Source: Candidatus Uhrbacteria bacterium (lineage in GTDB: Bacteria > Patescibacteriota > Patescibacteriia > JACQRZ01). From it: a DNA stretch of 64,000 nt. Position numbers and translations under genes: made by a program. Below the pieces are notes generated by a model, which did no database searches, had not been told where the DNA came from, and saw only the letters and a list, made by a program, of their open reading frames with translations. Location of the stretch: the NCBI GenBank assembly GCA_016206155.1, contig JACQSC010000004.1:7450-71449 (forward strand), in the 5' to 3' direction. Positions 9,877 through 18,648 of the stretch are shown here, one piece after another; positions within the stretch are counted from its first letter, which is position 1; each line of letters starts with the position of its first letter.

Positions 9877-10434
9877 ATGTACCTCTTCATTCATGCAGCA
9901 GAACGAGAGTATGCGTATCTCCTGCTCGTTGGCAAAAGCATGCCCCGCACCACGATGCGGGGTAAGGAATTGTTAGAATTCCTTACTTTTGGTGACCTCG
10001 TTGTTTATACAAAGTACCTTGTGTATCGGGGAAAGAAATCCCCCGATGTGTTGCGCGGCATCGATGATCTACTGAATCAATTTGGTCTCGCAGCAAAAAG
10101 TCTGAAGGGCATCTGCGTGCTTTCCGGTCCGGGGCAATTTTCGTTTTTGCGAACATCGGTGGTAACTGCCAACACTTTTGGGTGGGCGTTGAACATTCCG
10201 GTTGTTGGTATTTGCGACAAGAAAATGGTGTCTGGTTCCAAGAAAATGGTGTCAGGTACAATTTCCGAAGAAATTGAACCAGACACCATTTTCTCAGACA
10301 CCATTTTCTCGCATAACACCATTTTGTTCATCACGCGCGGTCTCAAAAAGCTCTCGCGCACAAAACGTTTTCGTCCGGTTGTCCCGGAGTACGGCAGAGA
10401 GCCCAACATCACGACGCCGAAGAAAAGAATATAA
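9877..10434 (+). CDS. tsaB: TsaB (YeaZ)-like N-terminal domain protein carrying an in-frame palindromic repeat insertion
   Basis: LSGPGQFSFLRTSVVTANTFGWALNIPVVGI matches the TsaB GPGSFTGLRIG...A..LP..G motif; the C-terminal part is atypical. Confidence 0.5.
   Translation: MYLFIHAAEREYAYLLLVGKSMPRTTMRGKELLEFLTFGDLVVYTKYLVYRGKKSPDVLRGIDDLLNQFGLAAKSLKGICVLSGPGQFSFLRTSVVTANTFGWALNIPVVGICDKKMVSGSKKMVSGTISEEIEPDTIFSDTIFSHNTILFITRGLKKLSRTKRFRPVVPEYGREPNITTPKKRI
10221..10325. repeat. 105-bp nested palindromic element: 2x GAAAATGGTGTC(A/T)GG, central palindrome, then 2.5x inverted copies
   Basis: Direct reading; the same 15-nt termini recur at 14769..14822. Confidence 0.85.
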
Positions 10435-10545
10435 GTATGACAGATGAAAGCCATGTCAAGAAGCGAAGTGTCAGTCCGATCGTCTTGACAGCATTTTTAA
10501 TATGTCTATAATTCTTTATAGTAAAGAAATAAAGAATTTTTATAT

Positions 10546-10821
10546 ATGCAACTCGCGCGTATAAGCTCGCAGAAACAAATAACCATTCCCTCAAAGCTTT
10601 TTCGAAAACTTAAGCTTGATATCGGAGACCATATTGGCATTTCTGAAGAGAATGGCACGCTCGTTTTGCGCCCCTATAAACTCATTCCAAAGGATCAGCT
10701 CTGGTACTGGACAGAGGAGTGGCAAAAGATGGAACGAGAGGCGGACGAGGACATCGCCGCAGGCCGTGTGTCGGGACCCTTTACAACGGTTGAGGAGTTT
10801 ATGAAGGATCTCAAAGCGTAA
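10546..10821 (+). CDS. AbrB/MazE/SpoVT-family antitoxin
   Basis: QKQITIPSKLFRKLKLDIGDHI swapped-hairpin motif; immediately upstream of a RelE-like ORF. Confidence 0.7.
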   Translation: MQLARISSQKQITIPSKLFRKLKLDIGDHIGISEENGTLVLRPYKLIPKDQLWYWTEEWQKMEREADEDIAAGRVSGPFTTVEEFMKDLKA

Positions 10822-10828
10822 GGAGTGT

Positions 10829-11086
10829 ATGCAGATTCTTCGTACCCGTTCTTTTGAGCGCGAGTTTGTGAAGTTGCCGAACGATGTTCGGGAGCGATTT
10901 GTGCAAAAGCTCGATTTTTTTCTTTCAGACCCATTTCATCCTTCTCTCCGCTCCAAGAAAATGCAAGGAAGAATAGATATTTGGGAAGTGAGTATAACCA
11001 TGAACTATCGCTTTACATTTGATAGAGATGGTGGCGTGATCCATCTCCGTCGAATTGGGACGCACGATATCCTTAACAACCCCTAA
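10829..11086 (+). CDS. type II toxin RelE/ParE family
   Basis: 85-aa ORF with a RelE/ParE-like pattern (FVKLPNDVRERF...GRIDIWEV...RFTF...IHL). Confidence 0.75.
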   Translation: MQILRTRSFEREFVKLPNDVRERFVQKLDFFLSDPFHPSLRSKKMQGRIDIWEVSITMNYRFTFDRDGGVIHLRRIGTHDILNNP

Positions 11087-11087
11087 T

Positions 11088-12332
11088 GTGGATCTTTTTG
11101 ATTCCCACTTACAGTCCAAAAACCATGCGCCGCTTGCCGATAGGATGCGGCCTACTACGATCGATGAGATTGTGGGGCAGGATCATATCTTGGGGCAAGG
11201 AAAAGTATTGCGTACGCTGATTGAAAAAGATCAACTTCGCTCGATTATCTTCTGGGGTCAGCCCGGGACCGGAAAAACGACTATTGCATCAGTCATTGCG
11301 CGGTCGACCGGTGCGGATTTTGTCGCACTCTCTGCCGTGAACACCGGTGTAAAAGAGGCGCGCGTGGTTATTGAGAAAGCAAAGGATTCATTAAAATTTC
11401 ACCACAAGCGGACCATTCTTTTTATCGACGAGATTCATCGCTTTAGCAAATCACAGCAAGACGCGTTTTTGCCCGCTGTAGAGGACGGCACAATTATTTT
11501 GATAGGCGCGACAACGGAGAATCCTTCGTTTGAGGTGAACTCTGCCTTGCTTTCGCGTTCGCGGGTCTTTGTGCTTAATGCGCTCAACGACGAAGCGCTT
11601 TCTCATATTCTTGATCGGGGACTGAATATGGTGTCTGAAATGGAGTCAGGCGCAGATCCCATTTCACTTGACGAGACAGCGCGCCGCGCACTTATTGATG
11701 CATCTAATGGCGATGCACGCACACTTCTTAACATGCTTGAATATGCTTTACTCTTGATTGGTGATAAAAAAGTAATTGGCTTGCCTGTGGTGCAAGAGGC
11801 AATTCAACAGAGCATGCTGAGATACGATAAAAATGGAGAAGAACATTACAATGTCATATCCGCGTTTATCAAAAGCATGCGCAACTCGGATGCCAATGCG
11901 GCGCTGTATTGGATGGCGCGTATGATTATGGCGGGGGAGGATCCGCTTTTCATTGCGCGGCGCATGGTCGTGTTCGCATCAGAAGATGTGGGACTTGCCG
12001 ATCCCAAGGCAATCATGGTCGCCACTTCTGTTTTTCAGGCAGTGCACGCAATCGGTATGCCGGAGGCGCGTATTCCGCTTGCGCACTGCGCGGTGTATTT
12101 GTCAAAGGCGCCACGAAATAACTCCGCATACATGGGTATTGAAGCGGCGCTCTCTGACGCGAAGGAGCACGGCAATCTTCCGGTCCCGCTCCATTTGCGC
12201 AACGCCCCGACAAAGCTGATGAAAGACTTGGACTATGGCAAAGGGTATCAGTATGCGCACGACTTCAAGGAAAAAATAGCAGATATGCAGTGCATGCCCG
12301 ACGAGTTGAAGGACAGGCGATACCTTTTTTGA
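11088..12332 (+). CDS. rarA: replication-associated recombination protein A (MgsA/RarA)
   Basis: AAA+ Walker A GQPGTGKTT, sensor motifs, MgsA C-terminal domain; GTG at 11088 follows the relE stop (the track ORF starts at TTG 11055). Confidence 0.9.
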   Translation: MDLFDSHLQSKNHAPLADRMRPTTIDEIVGQDHILGQGKVLRTLIEKDQLRSIIFWGQPGTGKTTIASVIARSTGADFVALSAVNTGVKEARVVIEKAKDSLKFHHKRTILFIDEIHRFSKSQQDAFLPAVEDGTIILIGATTENPSFEVNSALLSRSRVFVLNALNDEALSHILDRGLNMVSEMESGADPISLDETARRALIDASNGDARTLLNMLEYALLLIGDKKVIGLPVVQEAIQQSMLRYDKNGEEHYNVISAFIKSMRNSDANAALYWMARMIMAGEDPLFIARRMVVFASEDVGLADPKAIMVATSVFQAVHAIGMPEARIPLAHCAVYLSKAPRNNSAYMGIEAALSDAKEHGNLPVPLHLRNAPTKLMKDLDYGKGYQYAHDFKEKIADMQCMPDELKDRRYLF

Positions 12333-12368
12333 TGAACTCAAAAAATAGCGAAAGGGTAAAATCAACGG

Positions 12369-12408
12369 CTAAACCGGTTTAGCCGTTGATTTTTTGTTAT
12401 AACAGCAA
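12369..12408. terminator. rho-independent terminator after rarA (18-bp perfect stem followed by a T-run)
   Basis: aaaatcaacggctaaacc / ggtttagccgttgatttt followed by ttgtt. Confidence 0.75.
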
Positions 12409-12937
12409 TGTTTTTATAGCACATTCTCATGTTATGCACAGTTGCGTGGTTGAAGGGGGTATGTTTGTGGTGTATAATAGGCATTACATGGTGAAATGTG
12501 GGGAAAAGTGGTGGATAAGTAGGGGACAAATGTGGACAAATAAATGGTTCACAACCCGAAATGCTTATAACTGTAAGCAATAAGTCAAAATGACAAAGCC
12601 CAAATACCAAATCAAATCAAAAGTTCAAATACTAACAAATGGCCCTGTATTTTTGCCATTAGGATTTTTTCATTAGGATTTTTCAAACTATGCTTGTCGT
12701 GTCTTATTTACTAGCAAACAGGAAGTTTTTATACGGGTATCTGCGAAGCGCCATTGCCACCGCGCATCCCCATGCCGCGCGGTGGCGAAGGCCGAAAATC
12801 TAATGGTTTCATTGTTAAATTGCAGAAAAGTTTTATTCCCATAGAGGTTTCTCTAACACGTTTGGACACAGATTAAAGAGATTAAAACAACAATGTGCGG
12901 TAGCAATGTAACAATTTGACAATAGAGCAATGCAACT

Positions 12938-13369
12938 ATGTTCATAGGCGAATACAATCATTCAATCGATGAAAAAGGCCGACTGGCGGTACCGGCGAAG
13001 TTTCGTGCTGAGCTGGAAGATGGCGCAGTTGTCACGCGAGGGCTTGATAACTGCCTTTTTTTGTATACTCAGCAGGAATGGAACATCCTTGCCCCACGCA
13101 TAGCCCAGCTTCCGATTCATCAGGCGAACAGTCGTGCATTCTCGCGACTGATGTTATCCGGCGCCATGGATGTACAAGTCGATAAGCAGGGAAGAATTAT
13201 TGTACCCGACTATCTTCGCTCATACGCCAAACTCAAGAAAAAGGTGGTTATTGCCGGTCTCTACAATCGTCTTGAAGTGTGGGATGAAGCTATCTGGGCA
13301 GATTACAAGATGCACACAGAAGAGGAGAGTGGGGATATTGCGGAGCAGTTGGGGGAGCTGGGAGTCTAA
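12938..13369 (+). CDS. mraZ: transcriptional regulator MraZ
   Basis: Duplicated MraZ domains (DEKGRLAVPAKFR / DKQGRIIVPDYLR). Confidence 0.95.
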   Translation: MFIGEYNHSIDEKGRLAVPAKFRAELEDGAVVTRGLDNCLFLYTQQEWNILAPRIAQLPIHQANSRAFSRLMLSGAMDVQVDKQGRIIVPDYLRSYAKLKKKVVIAGLYNRLEVWDEAIWADYKMHTEEESGDIAEQLGELGV

Positions 13370-13370
13370 A

Positions 13371-13449
13371 TACATTGTTACATTGTTACATTGCTGGCGT
13401 TTAACAATGTAACATAAGTGAGCGAAGCGAGCGATAACAATGTAACAGT
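13371..13449. repeat. cluster of ACAATGTAAC / GTTACATTGT motifs between mraZ and rsmH (tacattgt x3 tandem, then 2 inverted copies)
   Basis: Direct reading; another copy at 12903..12915 upstream of mraZ. Confidence 0.8.
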
Positions 13450-13469
13450 TGATTGTTTGAGTAAGTGAA

Positions 13470-14366
13470 ATGATGATACAGCATAAAACGGTTTTACGAG
13501 AGGAGGCGATTCGTTACTTAGGTGTTCTTTCAAATCATCATTACGTTGACTGCACATTGGGCGGCGGCGGCCACACAGAAGCCATACTGGATCGTAACGG
13601 GACAAAAGGACGCGTCATAGCGTTTGAGCTTGATGCTGATACGATTGTACGGACGAAGAGGCGTCTCAAGCGTTTTGGCGCACGATTGATTGTTGTTGAG
13701 GATAATTTTAGAAGTATTGGGAGAGTAACAGAATATGGTATGCCGATCTCCGGAATACTCTACGACCTTGGTACGTCGATGGACCTTTTGAAAAGCAGCG
13801 GTCGCGGATTTTCCTTCCTTGTCGATGAACCGCTTGATATGCGATTCTCTCTTTCAACAGAGAGAACAGCCGCAGATCTTATCAGAACAACACGGGAATC
13901 TGAGCTTGCCGATCTCATTTTTCGATACGGAGAGGAGCGATTGAGCCGCCGCATCGCCCATGCAATAATGCAGACACGTACGCACACTTCTATCACGACC
14001 ACGCGCGAGCTTGTTTCGGTCATTGAGCGGGCGGTGCCGCCATCATATTGTCGAGGTCGTATCCATCCAGCAACACGAACCTTTCAGGCGTTGCGCATCG
14101 CAGTCAATGATGAATTGGAGTGCCTTTCAGAGTCCCTTGAGCAGGCAATGGCGCTTATTGAAAGGGGTGGACGCATCGTCGTCATTTCGTTCCACTCGCT
14201 TGAAGATAGGATTGTGAAACAGTTCTTTCGAATACAAAAATTAAAAAAAACAGGCATCATTTTAACGAAAAAGCCGATTACTCCTTCGCGCGAAGAGATT
14301 GAGAAAAATCCAAACTGCCGCAGTGCAAAACTTCGCGCGCTGGAAATACTAACCCCTAGACCCTAA
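13470..14366 (+). CDS. rsmH: 16S rRNA (cytosine1402-N4)-methyltransferase RsmH
   Basis: DCTLGGGGH SAM-binding motif, mraW family layout, dcw position. Confidence 0.95.
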   Translation: MMIQHKTVLREEAIRYLGVLSNHHYVDCTLGGGGHTEAILDRNGTKGRVIAFELDADTIVRTKRRLKRFGARLIVVEDNFRSIGRVTEYGMPISGILYDLGTSMDLLKSSGRGFSFLVDEPLDMRFSLSTERTAADLIRTTRESELADLIFRYGEERLSRRIAHAIMQTRTHTSITTTRELVSVIERAVPPSYCRGRIHPATRTFQALRIAVNDELECLSESLEQAMALIERGGRIVVISFHSLEDRIVKQFFRIQKLKKTGIILTKKPITPSREEIEKNPNCRSAKLRALEILTPRP

Positions 14367-14385
14367 ACCCTAAACCCTAAACCCT
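14353..14385. repeat. CCCTAGA/CCCTAAA heptamer tandem repeat (4.5 units) overlapping the rsmH stop codon
   Basis: cccctagaccctaaaccctaaaccctaaaccc; rsmH ends ...LTPRP* with its TAA inside the repeat. Confidence 0.85.
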
Positions 14386-14390
14386 TCTTT

Positions 14391-14768
14391 GTGTCGATCA
14401 GTTTCAAAAGAATAAAAAGCAAGTGGACATCAACCGAAGCTATTCGTAGCCAAAAAATTGCTCTCTCTTGCCATAAGCTGTCACGGGCGCACATTGGTGT
14501 TCTCTTGACAATCGCCGTTTTTTCACTAGTCTATCTCGTACAAGTGAATACGCTTGCGACAAAGGGATATGCAATTCGAGAGCTCGAGCGGGATATTGCG
14601 ATTCAAAAGAAGGAATACGAACGGCTTCAGCTTGATATCATAGAAAGACAGAGCATGGGCGCACTGCAGGAGCGTATTGCTCAATTGGGCTTTGTTCCGG
14701 CTGATCGCATTGATTACCTTTCACCGACCGCTGCGGTTGCGACGGCTGTTGCAAAACCATCACGCTGA
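14391..14768 (+). CDS. ftsL: FtsL/DivIC-like cell division protein
   Basis: Single TM helix plus coiled coil; located between rsmH and ftsI. Confidence 0.55.
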   Translation: MSISFKRIKSKWTSTEAIRSQKIALSCHKLSRAHIGVLLTIAVFSLVYLVQVNTLATKGYAIRELERDIAIQKKEYERLQLDIIERQSMGALQERIAQLGFVPADRIDYLSPTAAVATAVAKPSR

Positions 14769-14822
14769 GGTGAAAATGGTGTCAGGAATAGTTTCTGCAA
14801 AAACTATTCCTGACACCATTTT
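14769..14822. repeat. 54-bp perfect palindrome with GTGAAAATGGTGTCAGG termini (second copy of the 10221 element family); likely intergenic hairpin or terminator
   Basis: 25-bp arms, 4-nt loop, directly after the ftsL stop. Confidence 0.85.
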
Positions 14823-14913
14823 CACTAGGAGAGAAGTGTAATCCGCATGGGGCGCGACACGTCTCGCGAGAACAACCAGCGACTTTTCTGCGCGCTGGTT
14901 GTTTTTGATTTGA

Positions 14914-16857
14914 GTGGATTTTGATACAATAGATACTATGATGACATTTCGTTCACGTACGAAACGAAGATCTGTGCGCGCTCATCAATTGGGCGGTTTC
15001 CATGCAATCCAGTCGCTTAAAGCTCTTGTTCGCATTGACCGCATCAGCTTCCTGAGGGGGTGCTTGTTTTTCTTCGTGCTCATATTGTTCCTGCGCCTCT
15101 TTAACCTCCAAGTTTTAAGTTACGAGGACTATCGGACGGCAGCGGAGGGCGAACATCAATTATTGAGAAAAATTCATCCCGACAGAGGAAGTATCTTCCT
15201 GCGAGAACGTTCTGCCAACGGGAGCGCAAACCAGTATCTGATGGAAGTTGAGGGGGAAAAGCTTTTTCCCGCGGTAACGAATCGTGAGTATATGCTCGTC
15301 TATGCGGTGCCAAAATCAATCAGTGACCCAGAAAAGGTCGCCGATCAACTTATGCCGCTCTTTGACATTCCAAAAGAGGAGCCAAAGAGCGATGATGACA
15401 ACAACGGTGACAAGGATGGCATTGATCCGCGCGAAGAGCGGCGTGCGTGGCTCGTTCAAAGACTGTCAAAGAAGAACGATTCGTACGAAGTGATCAAGAG
15501 GAAGGTGCCGGCGGCAAGCTGGGATATAATCAAAAAGCTGTACATTGGCGGAATCAACGCAAGCCCGGAAAGCTATCGGTTTTATCCCGAAAAGGGATTG
15601 GGCGGGCATCTTTTTGGGTTCGTGGGGTATAGCGGCGAGAGCGTCAAGGGGCTGTATGGGCTCGAGGGTTATTTTGACGATATTCTGAAAGGTAAGGAAG
15701 GATCTTTGCGATTCGAGTCAGATGCCCTTGGCGCGCTGATTCCCATCGGGGAAAAGCGCGTTGTTGAGGCGGTTCAGGGAAGCAACCTTGTATTAACGAT
15801 TGACCGAACAATTCAGCTCATGGCGTGCGATCGCCTTTCAAAATGGGTTCTCAAACACGGCGCCGATGGAGGGACCGTTGTTATTATGAATCCCAATACC
15901 GGAGCCCTCTATGCCATGTGCAGCGTACCCGACTTTGATCCTGAAAACTATTTTGATGCAGATGTGAAGCAGTATCCGAATCCCTCAATTTTTACTCCCT
16001 ATGAACCTGGTTCAATATTTAAGCCGTTTACCATGGCAATGGGCATTGACAGTGAAAAGGTTGCCCCGGCAACGACCTATGTTGATACCGGCGAGGTAAA
16101 AATTGGATCGTTCACCATCAAAAATTCTGACAGCAAAGCGCACGGCAAACAAACCATGATGGATGTTCTCGATCAATCACTCAATACGGGCGTGATCTTC
16201 GTCGCGCGCAAAGTCGGTATCGACGCGTTTCGTGATTACGTAAAGAATTTTGGTTTTGGGAAGCCGACAGGCATAGAGCTTGACCGGGAAGTATCCGGTA
16301 CGATCGCGGGACTGAACGAGAAGCAGGAGATTTATATGGCAACCGCATCATTCGGTCAGGGTTTGAGCGTAACGCCGCTCCAAATTACCACTGCCTACGC
16401 CGCTCTTGCCAACGGGGGCAATCTTGTGCAACCCTATGTTGTAGATGAGATTATCAAGTCTGACGGCAGCCGCCATCGCACCAATCCAAAAGTAGTCCGA
16501 CGGGTCATATCGGAAAAAACTTCAACACTCATCAGCAGTATGTTGGTGAACGTTGTGCGCAAAGGACACGGGAAGCGCGCTGGTGTTGACGGCTATTACG
16601 TCGCGGGCAAAACCGGCACCGCGCAAGTTGCACGCAGTGACGGCAGGGGGTATGAGCGCGACATCACAATCGGCTCATTTGCGGGTTTTGCGCCCGTTGA
16701 TAACCCTCGGTTTGTCATGCTTGTCAAAGTAGACCATCCACGGGATGTTCAGTGGGCGGAAAGTTCCGCGGCGCCACTTTTTGGCGAATTGGCAAAATTT
16801 TTATTACAGTATTTTGAGGTGCCGCCTGATGAAACAGAATCAAGAAGCAAGAATTAA
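14914..16857 (+). CDS. ftsI: peptidoglycan D,D-transpeptidase FtsI / PBP2-type penicillin-binding protein
   Basis: SIFK (SxxK), KTGTA motif, PBP dimerisation domain; acidic low-complexity insertion. Confidence 0.9.
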   Translation: MDFDTIDTMMTFRSRTKRRSVRAHQLGGFHAIQSLKALVRIDRISFLRGCLFFFVLILFLRLFNLQVLSYEDYRTAAEGEHQLLRKIHPDRGSIFLRERSANGSANQYLMEVEGEKLFPAVTNREYMLVYAVPKSISDPEKVADQLMPLFDIPKEEPKSDDDNNGDKDGIDPREERRAWLVQRLSKKNDSYEVIKRKVPAASWDIIKKLYIGGINASPESYRFYPEKGLGGHLFGFVGYSGESVKGLYGLEGYFDDILKGKEGSLRFESDALGALIPIGEKRVVEAVQGSNLVLTIDRTIQLMACDRLSKWVLKHGADGGTVVIMNPNTGALYAMCSVPDFDPENYFDADVKQYPNPSIFTPYEPGSIFKPFTMAMGIDSEKVAPATTYVDTGEVKIGSFTIKNSDSKAHGKQTMMDVLDQSLNTGVIFVARKVGIDAFRDYVKNFGFGKPTGIELDREVSGTIAGLNEKQEIYMATASFGQGLSVTPLQITTAYAALANGGNLVQPYVVDEIIKSDGSRHRTNPKVVRRVISEKTSTLISSMLVNVVRKGHGKRAGVDGYYVAGKTGTAQVARSDGRGYERDITIGSFAGFAPVDNPRFVMLVKVDHPRDVQWAESSAAPLFGELAKFLLQYFEVPPDETESRSKN

Positions 16858-16916
16858 GAATTATGCGTGGACGTCACACCCTTGACTCTTAATTCGTAAT
16901 TCGCAATTCTTCAAGG
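16843..16916. repeat. AAGAATT-type repeat plus imperfect inverted copy (hairpin) spanning the ftsI stop
   Basis: aagaagcaagaattaagaatt ... aattcgtaattcgcaattctt. Confidence 0.7.
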
Positions 16917-16919
16917 TGT

Positions 16920-18215
16920 ATGAAAAGATTACTTCAAAAAATACTTGCCCATCTTGCGCGCACGATAGTTCAAAAATACCGCCCGGATGTGATTGCCATC
17001 ACCGGCAGCGTTGGCAAGACCACGGCAAAAGAGGCGGTTGTTCGAGTGCTGTCCGAGACATTCAATGTCCGGGGAAGTGAAAAGTCCTACAATAATGAGC
17101 TTGGCGTTCCGCTGACAATAATCGGTGCACACGCTCCTGCGCGCTCGCTCGCGGGCTGGCTGCATATCTTTTTTCGGGCGTGCAGACTCCTTTGTTTCAA
17201 TGATCCGACCTATCCGGCAATTCTTGTACTTGAGATGGGCTCAGATGCGCCAGGCGATATAGAGCGTCTGGTCGCTATCGCCCCGCCAAAAATAGGGGTG
17301 ATTACAGCGATTAGCCCCGCACATTTGGAGAAGCTTGGAACCATGGATAATCTCATTGCAGAAAAGAAGAGTATTTTTTGCAAACATATAAGCGCAGATC
17401 AGTGGATGATACTCAACGCCGACGATTCCGCACTCTATCCAGTGTCACAACAAACACCGGCATGTCTCATGACCTTCGGAGAGCATCCAGAGTCGGTGTT
17501 GCGCATATCCGACGTTACAGAACGATATGTATTCCATCCTGACCAGAGCGAATATGTGACCGGGATTGCGTGCACGCTTACCTACGAAGGCCGATCGGTC
17601 CGTGCAGAATTTCCCCACCTGATCGGTCGCCATGTATTACCATCTATCATTGCCGGTGTGACAGTTGGCTGTATCTATCACATACCCCTCACAGAGATTG
17701 TGCGACGACTTCATGGTATTGAACCGGCACGGGGACGTCTGCGTCCGCTTCTGGGCATTAAGCATACGTTGATTATCGATGACACCTATAACTCATCGCC
17801 CAAAGCAGCGCGCGGGGCAATAGATACCTTGATGTCGTTTGAGATTGATGGTGGTGCGCGCCGCATTGCGCTGCTCGGCGACATGCGGGAACTTGGAAGC
17901 CATACGGAGAAAGAGCACCGTGCACTGGGTACGTATGCAGCGCAGCAGGGCATAGACTATCTTTTTGCCATTGGAAATGCGGCTCATTTTCTTGCCGAGG
18001 GTGCGCTTGAGTCTATTGACCAGAGCCGCGTTTTCGTGTTTAATGATTCGGTATCTGCGGGACGAGCGCTTCAAGAGTTGATGAGAAAAGGCGATGTTAT
18101 CTTGATAAAAGGATCTCAGAATATGATTCGCCTTGAGCGGGTTGTCAAAGAAGTGATGGCAGAGCCGCATCGCGCGAATGAGTTGTTGGTGCGCCAAGAC
18201 CGAGAATGGATGTAA
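16920..18215 (+). CDS. murF: UDP-N-acetylmuramoyl-tripeptide--D-alanyl-D-alanine ligase MurF
   Basis: ITGSVGKTT P-loop, Mur ligase middle and C-terminal domains. Confidence 0.9.
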   Translation: MKRLLQKILAHLARTIVQKYRPDVIAITGSVGKTTAKEAVVRVLSETFNVRGSEKSYNNELGVPLTIIGAHAPARSLAGWLHIFFRACRLLCFNDPTYPAILVLEMGSDAPGDIERLVAIAPPKIGVITAISPAHLEKLGTMDNLIAEKKSIFCKHISADQWMILNADDSALYPVSQQTPACLMTFGEHPESVLRISDVTERYVFHPDQSEYVTGIACTLTYEGRSVRAEFPHLIGRHVLPSIIAGVTVGCIYHIPLTEIVRRLHGIEPARGRLRPLLGIKHTLIIDDTYNSSPKAARGAIDTLMSFEIDGGARRIALLGDMRELGSHTEKEHRALGTYAAQQGIDYLFAIGNAAHFLAEGALESIDQSRVFVFNDSVSAGRALQELMRKGDVILIKGSQNMIRLERVVKEVMAEPHRANELLVRQDREWM

Positions 18216-18220
18216 GTAGC

Positions 18221-18324
18221 GGCCCTATCCTGGCCTTTGGCCAGGCAAGCTGTCTAGTGGTTAGCAAGCGAAGTCTGGCAGAGCTTGGCGAGCGCAGTCA
18301 GGCCTTCAGGCCGGAGACGACAGG
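18221..18324 (+). other. interrupted pseudo-copy of tRNA-Glu positions 1-31 (three exact blocks separated by 22-nt and 51-nt GC-rich hairpin inserts)
   Basis: GGCCCTATC, GTCTAGTGGTTAG, GACGACAGG identical and collinear with the intact tRNA-Glu at 18574. Confidence 0.7.
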
Positions 18325-18333
18325 AGACACCCT

Positions 18334-18588
18334 ATGTATTATGTGTACATAATCCAAAGTATCAGTACTGGCGGATGGTATATAGGCAGTTCAGGTGATC
18401 CCGCACGAAGACTCTATGAGCATAATAGAGGAACAACGCGTTCGACAAAACCATTCATTCCATATAAACTCATATACACTGAAAAATATTCTACGAAAGA
18501 CGAGGCGTTGAAGCGTGAATTTTTGATAAAAAAATCAGGCAGAATCCGTAAGGAATTAAAAACGAAAATATCCGGCCCTATCGTCTAG
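18334..18588 (+). CDS. GIY-YIG nuclease family protein (UPF0213/YhbQ-like)
   Basis: YYVYIIQS...GWYIGSS...RLYEHN GIY-YIG motif; the 3' end overlaps tRNA-Glu by 15 nt. Confidence 0.8.
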   Translation: MYYVYIIQSISTGGWYIGSSGDPARRLYEHNRGTTRSTKPFIPYKLIYTEKYSTKDEALKREFLIKKSGRIRKELKTKISGPIV

Positions 18589-18648
18589 TGGTTAGGACGA
18601 CAGGTTCTCATCCTGTAAACCGGAGTTCGATTCTCCGTGGGGCTACCA
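18574..18648 (+). tRNA. tRNA-Glu (anticodon CUC)
   Basis: Manual fold: 7-bp acceptor stem (2 G-U pairs), D-loop AGTGGTTAGG, anticodon loop TTCTCAT, T-loop TTCGATT, encoded CCA. Confidence 0.9.

Noticed and set aside
10077-10454. 125-aa minus-strand ORF antisense to the tsaB-like gene
   Set aside because: Composed largely of the palindromic repeat read in reverse, with no motifs.
12386-12583. 65-aa ORF in the AT-rich spacer after rarA
   Set aside because: Low-complexity, overlaps the terminator, no motifs.
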